DNA of 64,000 bases, taken from the NCBI GenBank assembly GCA_017537925.1, contig JAFYJW010000061.1, positions 12,660 to 76,659 of the forward strand. The letters are read 5' to 3'. The notes beneath the pieces are model-generated. The model had not been told where the DNA came from, did no database searches, and was given only the letters and a program-made list of their open reading frames with translations. The position numbers and the translations under genes are program-made. Below, one piece after another: positions 60,839 through 64,000 of this stretch (positions are counted from its first letter, which is position 1; each line of letters starts with the position of its first letter). Source of the stretch: Synergistes sp. (GTDB taxonomy: Bacteria; Synergistota; Synergistia; Synergistales; Synergistaceae).

Positions 60839-62562
60839 GCCTTTGTATTCCCTCCTTTTAATAACCTGACACATTTATAATATTCTTCATATTCCTCTTC
60901 GTTGATCGTTCCGTTCCTGATCTTCTCAAGAAGAGCGTTCTTTCTCTTTTCCCTGCTGCGGCGTCTGAGCGCTTCCGTCAGTCCTGCCGCGGCCTCCTCG
61001 TCTATGCCTTCCTTCGCAAGAAGGCCGTTTCCTTTGGCCACCGCGCTCATTCCGCGCGTTTCGCCCATCTTCTGCCAGCGTCTTTCTATATCGTCAGTTT
61101 CCTCTCCGCCAAGAAGGGCGGCCACAACGTTCTGCACGTCCGGGTCTTCGATAAGGCCTATTATCTCGTCCCTGCGGAAAGCCGATCTTAAGCTTTTGCT
61201 GTTCCACAGCATGCTGCATATCATATACTCTATATCATTTTCTCCGGCGCCCGGAGCATACAGATCAATATTTCCCTTTTTTCGGTCTTTCTCCAGCTGC
61301 GGCGCGGCGCGCCGCGCAATAAGATCCCTGAGCTCATGAGGGAATACCGACAAAACTTCCGCAAGTTCCCCGATATAAGGCTCGACGTCAAAAACAGGAA
61401 TAGACGCAAGCCCGTCAAGCAGATCCTTCCTCGCGGCTCCCGCTTTCTTAGGATCCTTCAGGTCAGGCTGCCTGAGCCTCGCATGAAAGAGCGGCAGAGG
61501 CAGAGCATCCTCAAGAGCCTTTTCGAAGAGCTCCTTCCCGCCGGGCTGAAGCAGAAGTTCGTCAGGGTCTTTTCCCTGCTGCCAGATAACGCGCCGGGAA
61601 GTTACGCCCTCCGCATGCAGCATATACATCGCCCTGAGCGCGGCTTCCTGCCCGGCAGAGTCTGAATCATAACAGACGTAGCAGAGACCGGTCATTCTTT
61701 TGATAAGCGCGGCCTGCTCCTGTGTCAGAGAAGTGCCTAAAGAGGCCACGGAATTTGTGTAGCCGAATATATGAGCGCGTATAGCGTCAAAATATCCCTC
61801 CATCAGTATCGCATACCCTTTGGAGGTCATCTCCCCCTTTGCTTTGTCAAGCAGGTAAAGATTGTGACGTTTATTGAACAGCCTGCTTTCCGGGCTGTTC
61901 AGATATTTCGCGCCGTCTCCGTCTAATATCCTTCCGCCGAAACCGATAAGCCTCCCGGTGACGCTGCGGATAGGAAACATCAGTCTGCCGCGGAAACGGT
62001 CGTAGCATCCTCCGTTTTTCCCCTGGGAGGCGACGCCGCTTTCTATCATCGCCTGTACGGTACAGCCGCGTTTTTCGAGCCTTCGCGACAGCATATCCCA
62101 CGAATTGGGCGCCCATCCGAGCTCAAAGCGGCGGCAGTCGTCGGGGGTCACAGATCGTTTTTCAAGATACTTTCTTGCAGGCTCACCGCCTGCGCCGCGC
62201 AGCGATTCCATAAAAAAATCAAGAGCGGCCCCGTTGATATCCACAACCGCGGATTCAGGTCTGCCGCCGCGCGCATATTTTGTCAGCTTTACTCCGGCCC
62301 GCTCTGCAAGCCGTTCAAGAGCTTCCCGAAACTCGAGATGCTCCGCTTCCATTATAAAAGTAAATACATCGCCGCCTTTTCCGCAGCCGAAACAGTGAAA
62401 AGTCTGCCGCTCCTGCGATACGGAGAATGAAGGAGTCTTTTCGCTGTGAAAAGGACAGCAGCCCCAGAAGGTACGCCCGTTTTTTTTCAGCTTGACATAC
62501 CCGGAGACGACATCAACGATGTCAAGTTTTGATTTTATTTCCCTAACATCGTCATCAGGCAT
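60835..62562 (-). CDS. dnaG: DNA primase
   Basis: Zinc finger [14 protein letters not shown]...FHCFGCG and a TOPRIM domain (MEGYFD, DSDSAGQ). The likely ATG is at 62562; the ORF is open to a GTG at 62571. Confidence 0.9.
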   Translation of the reverse strand: MPDDDVREIKSKLDIVDVVSGYVKLKKNGRTFWGCCPFHSEKTPSFSVSQERQTFHCFGCGKGGDVFTFIMEAEHLEFREALERLAERAGVKLTKYARGGRPESAVVDINGAALDFFMESLRGAGGEPARKYLEKRSVTPDDCRRFELGWAPNSWDMLSRRLEKRGCTVQAMIESGVASQGKNGGCYDRFRGRLMFPIRSVTGRLIGFGGRILDGDGAKYLNSPESRLFNKRHNLYLLDKAKGEMTSKGYAILMEGYFDAIRAHIFGYTNSVASLGTSLTQEQAALIKRMTGLCYVCYDSDSAGQEAALRAMYMLHAEGVTSRRVIWQQGKDPDELLLQPGGKELFEKALEDALPLPLFHARLRQPDLKDPKKAGAARKDLLDGLASIPVFDVEPYIGELAEVLSVFPHELRDLIARRAAPQLEKDRKKGNIDLYAPGAGENDIEYMICSMLWNSKSLRSAFRRDEIIGLIEDPDVQNVVAALLGGEETDDIERRWQKMGETRGMSAVAKGNGLLAKEGIDEEAAAGLTEALRRRSREKRKNALLEKIRNGTINEEEYEEYYKCVRLLKGGNTKA

Positions 62563-62600
62563 AAGACCCACCCCGTAAAGCAGCTGATTTACCGAGAAGA

Positions 62601-62630
62601 GAGGAGGGAGAGTAAATTTCTCTCCCTCCT
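62601..62630 (-). terminator. hairpin after hppA (weak U-tract)
   Basis: AGGAGGGAGAG-taaattt-CTCTCCCTCCT perfect stem, 46 nt downstream of the hppA stop. The trailing sequence on the minus strand is only moderately T-rich. Confidence 0.45.
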
Positions 62631-62675
62631 TACGTCTATAAAATAATTATCACGTGTTCTTTCTATTCTATTGCA

Positions 62676-64000
62676 TCAGAGAGCGAAGAGCGGCGCAAGG
62701 ACCGTTGCCACAACGGACATAAGCTTGATGAGTATGTTAAGGCTCGGGCCTGCTGTATCCTTGAACGGGTCGCCTACAGTATCTCCGACGACAGCCGCAG
62801 CGTGCGGCGCGCTTCCCTTGCCGCCGTGCGCGCCGGATTCGATGAACTTCTTGGCGTTGTCCCATGCGCCGCCGGCATTGGACATAAAGATAGCCATCAT
62901 AACGCCTGTGACTATCGAGCCGCCGAGCATGCCGCCGAGAGCGGGAGCGCCGAGGATGAAGCCTACCGCGACGGGCGCAAGGACCGCCATGACGCCGGGA
63001 ATTACCATCTCTCTGAGTGCTGCCGCCGTCGAGATATCGACGCAGCGCTCATACTCCGGACGTCCGGTGCCTTCCATGATTCCGGGGATCTCACGGAACT
63101 GGCGGCGGACTTCTTCGATCATCTTCTCAGCAGCGCGGCTGACAGCCTGGATCGAGAGCGCGCTGAAGATGAACGGCAGGAGTCCTCCTATAAAGAGCCC
63201 GACCATGACGCGGGGATCCTTAAGGTCTATTGAGCTGAGGTTGGTCGCCTGAGCAAATGTAACGAAGAGCGCAAGCGCGGTAAGAGCGGCGGAACCGATG
63301 GCAAGTCCTTTGCCGACCGCAGCTGTCGTGTTGCCGACCGCATCAAGCTTATCCGTAATATTGCGGACTTCCTCAGGCAGTTCGGCCATTTCGGCGATAC
63401 CGCCTGCGTTGTCGGCGATAGGACCGTAAGCGTCGACTGAAAGCGCCATGCCGGTTATAGCAAGCATTCCGACGGCGGCGCAGGAGATACCGTAAAGACC
63501 TCCGAAGAATACGCCCGCCATTATCGCGCAGCAGACTAAAATCACGGGGATAGCGGTCGATTTCATTCCAACGCCGAGACCGGCCAGAATGTTCGTCGCA
63601 GCGCCTGTCTCAGACGCCTGTGCTATCTCTTTGACGCTGCCGTAGTCGCCCGAAGTATAGAACTCGGTAGCGGCTCCGATGAGAAGTCCTGAAACGACTC
63701 CGGAAAGGACCGCCCAGAAGAGGGTGAGGTCGCCGTTAAACATCCAGTTAGTTATAAAGAAAGTGCCGACAAGCATAAATACGCCGGTAAGACCGAGGCC
63801 TACGCGGAGAGCCTTTGCCGGGTCGCCGCCTTCCTTAACGCGGACAAAGAACGTTCCGAGTATCGAAGAAAGGATGCCTACCGCGGCAAGCAGCAGCGGG
63901 TAGATAACGCCGGTCTCGCTGTAAACCATGAAGCCGATGGCCATGGCGGCGATGATCGAGTTGACATATGACTCAAAGAGGTCGGCTCCCATGCCTGCGA
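62676..64000 (-). CDS. hppA: membrane-bound proton/sodium-translocating pyrophosphatase, 3' part (N-terminus outside the window)
   Basis: [26 protein letters not shown] and [18 protein letters not shown] motifs. The reading frame is open to the window edge. Confidence 0.9.
   Translation of the reverse strand, partial: AGMGADLFESYVNSIIAAMAIGFMVYSETGVIYPLLLAAVGILSSILGTFFVRVKEGGDPAKALRVGLGLTGVFMLVGTFFITNWMFNGDLTLFWAVLSGVVSGLLIGAATEFYTSGDYGSVKEIAQASETGAATNILAGLGVGMKSTAIPVILVCCAIMAGVFFGGLYGISCAAVGMLAITGMALSVDAYGPIADNAGGIAEMAELPEEVRNITDKLDAVGNTTAAVGKGLAIGSAALTALALFVTFAQATNLSSIDLKDPRVMVGLFIGGLLPFIFSALSIQAVSRAAEKMIEEVRRQFREIPGIMEGTGRPEYERCVDISTAAALREMVIPGVMAVLAPVAVGFILGAPALGGMLGGSIVTGVMMAIFMSNAGGAWDNAKKFIESGAHGGKGSAPHAAAVVGDTVGDPFKDTAGPSLNILIKLMSVVATVLAPLFAL

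Overview
This is a GC-rich, gene-dense 64-kb chromosomal segment from an anaerobic bacterium. The anaerobic call is an inference from gene content: Rex, a four-subunit 2-oxoacid:ferredoxin oxidoreductase, an Fe-alcohol dehydrogenase and a membrane pyrophosphatase. The gene order looks Firmicutes- or Synergistota-like, but I cannot verify taxonomy without a search. I support about 65 protein genes, 8 tRNA genes (all with encoded CCA), several intrinsic terminators and three perfect sigma70-type promoters. Almost all housekeeping genes lie on the minus strand.

Minus-strand housekeeping blocks:
- 27-8959: priA-coaBC-rpoZ-gmk-remA-yicC-hflX-cmk-pyrD-pyrK
- 14.2-20.8 kb: korDABC, tsaB, tsaE, nnr, acpS
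- 32.2-64 kb, an uninterrupted array: metG, rsmI, smc, rng, a radical-SAM pair, rodA, minC, mrdA, mreDCB, radC, dtd, relA/spoT, recJ, secFD, yajC, rex, rqcP, rpoD, dnaG, hppA

The one clearly accessory region is about 10.7 kb (21.2-32.0 kb) and is bracketed by two tRNA-Leu genes whose 3' ends both face inward. It contains:
- an AbiEi/AbiEii module
- a DinJ/YafQ module whose toxin ORF has no canonical start codon
- a FecBCD-type ABC importer coupled to a SAM methyltransferase
- a DUF4143-type AAA ATPase
- a decayed Fic gene
- a tightly coupled J-domain + HIRAN-domain gene pair

The J-domain/HIRAN pair is my best candidate for an uncharacterised system.

Other points worth a second look:
- a PriA homologue with degenerate Walker A and B motifs
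- an in-frame TGA splitting hflX
- a conserved but functionally unknown radical-SAM/DUF2344 pair next to RNase G
- several operator-like palindromes

No rRNA, CRISPR array, integrase or transposase was seen. All family assignments come from motif recognition by eye, with no database search, and start codons are often uncertain.
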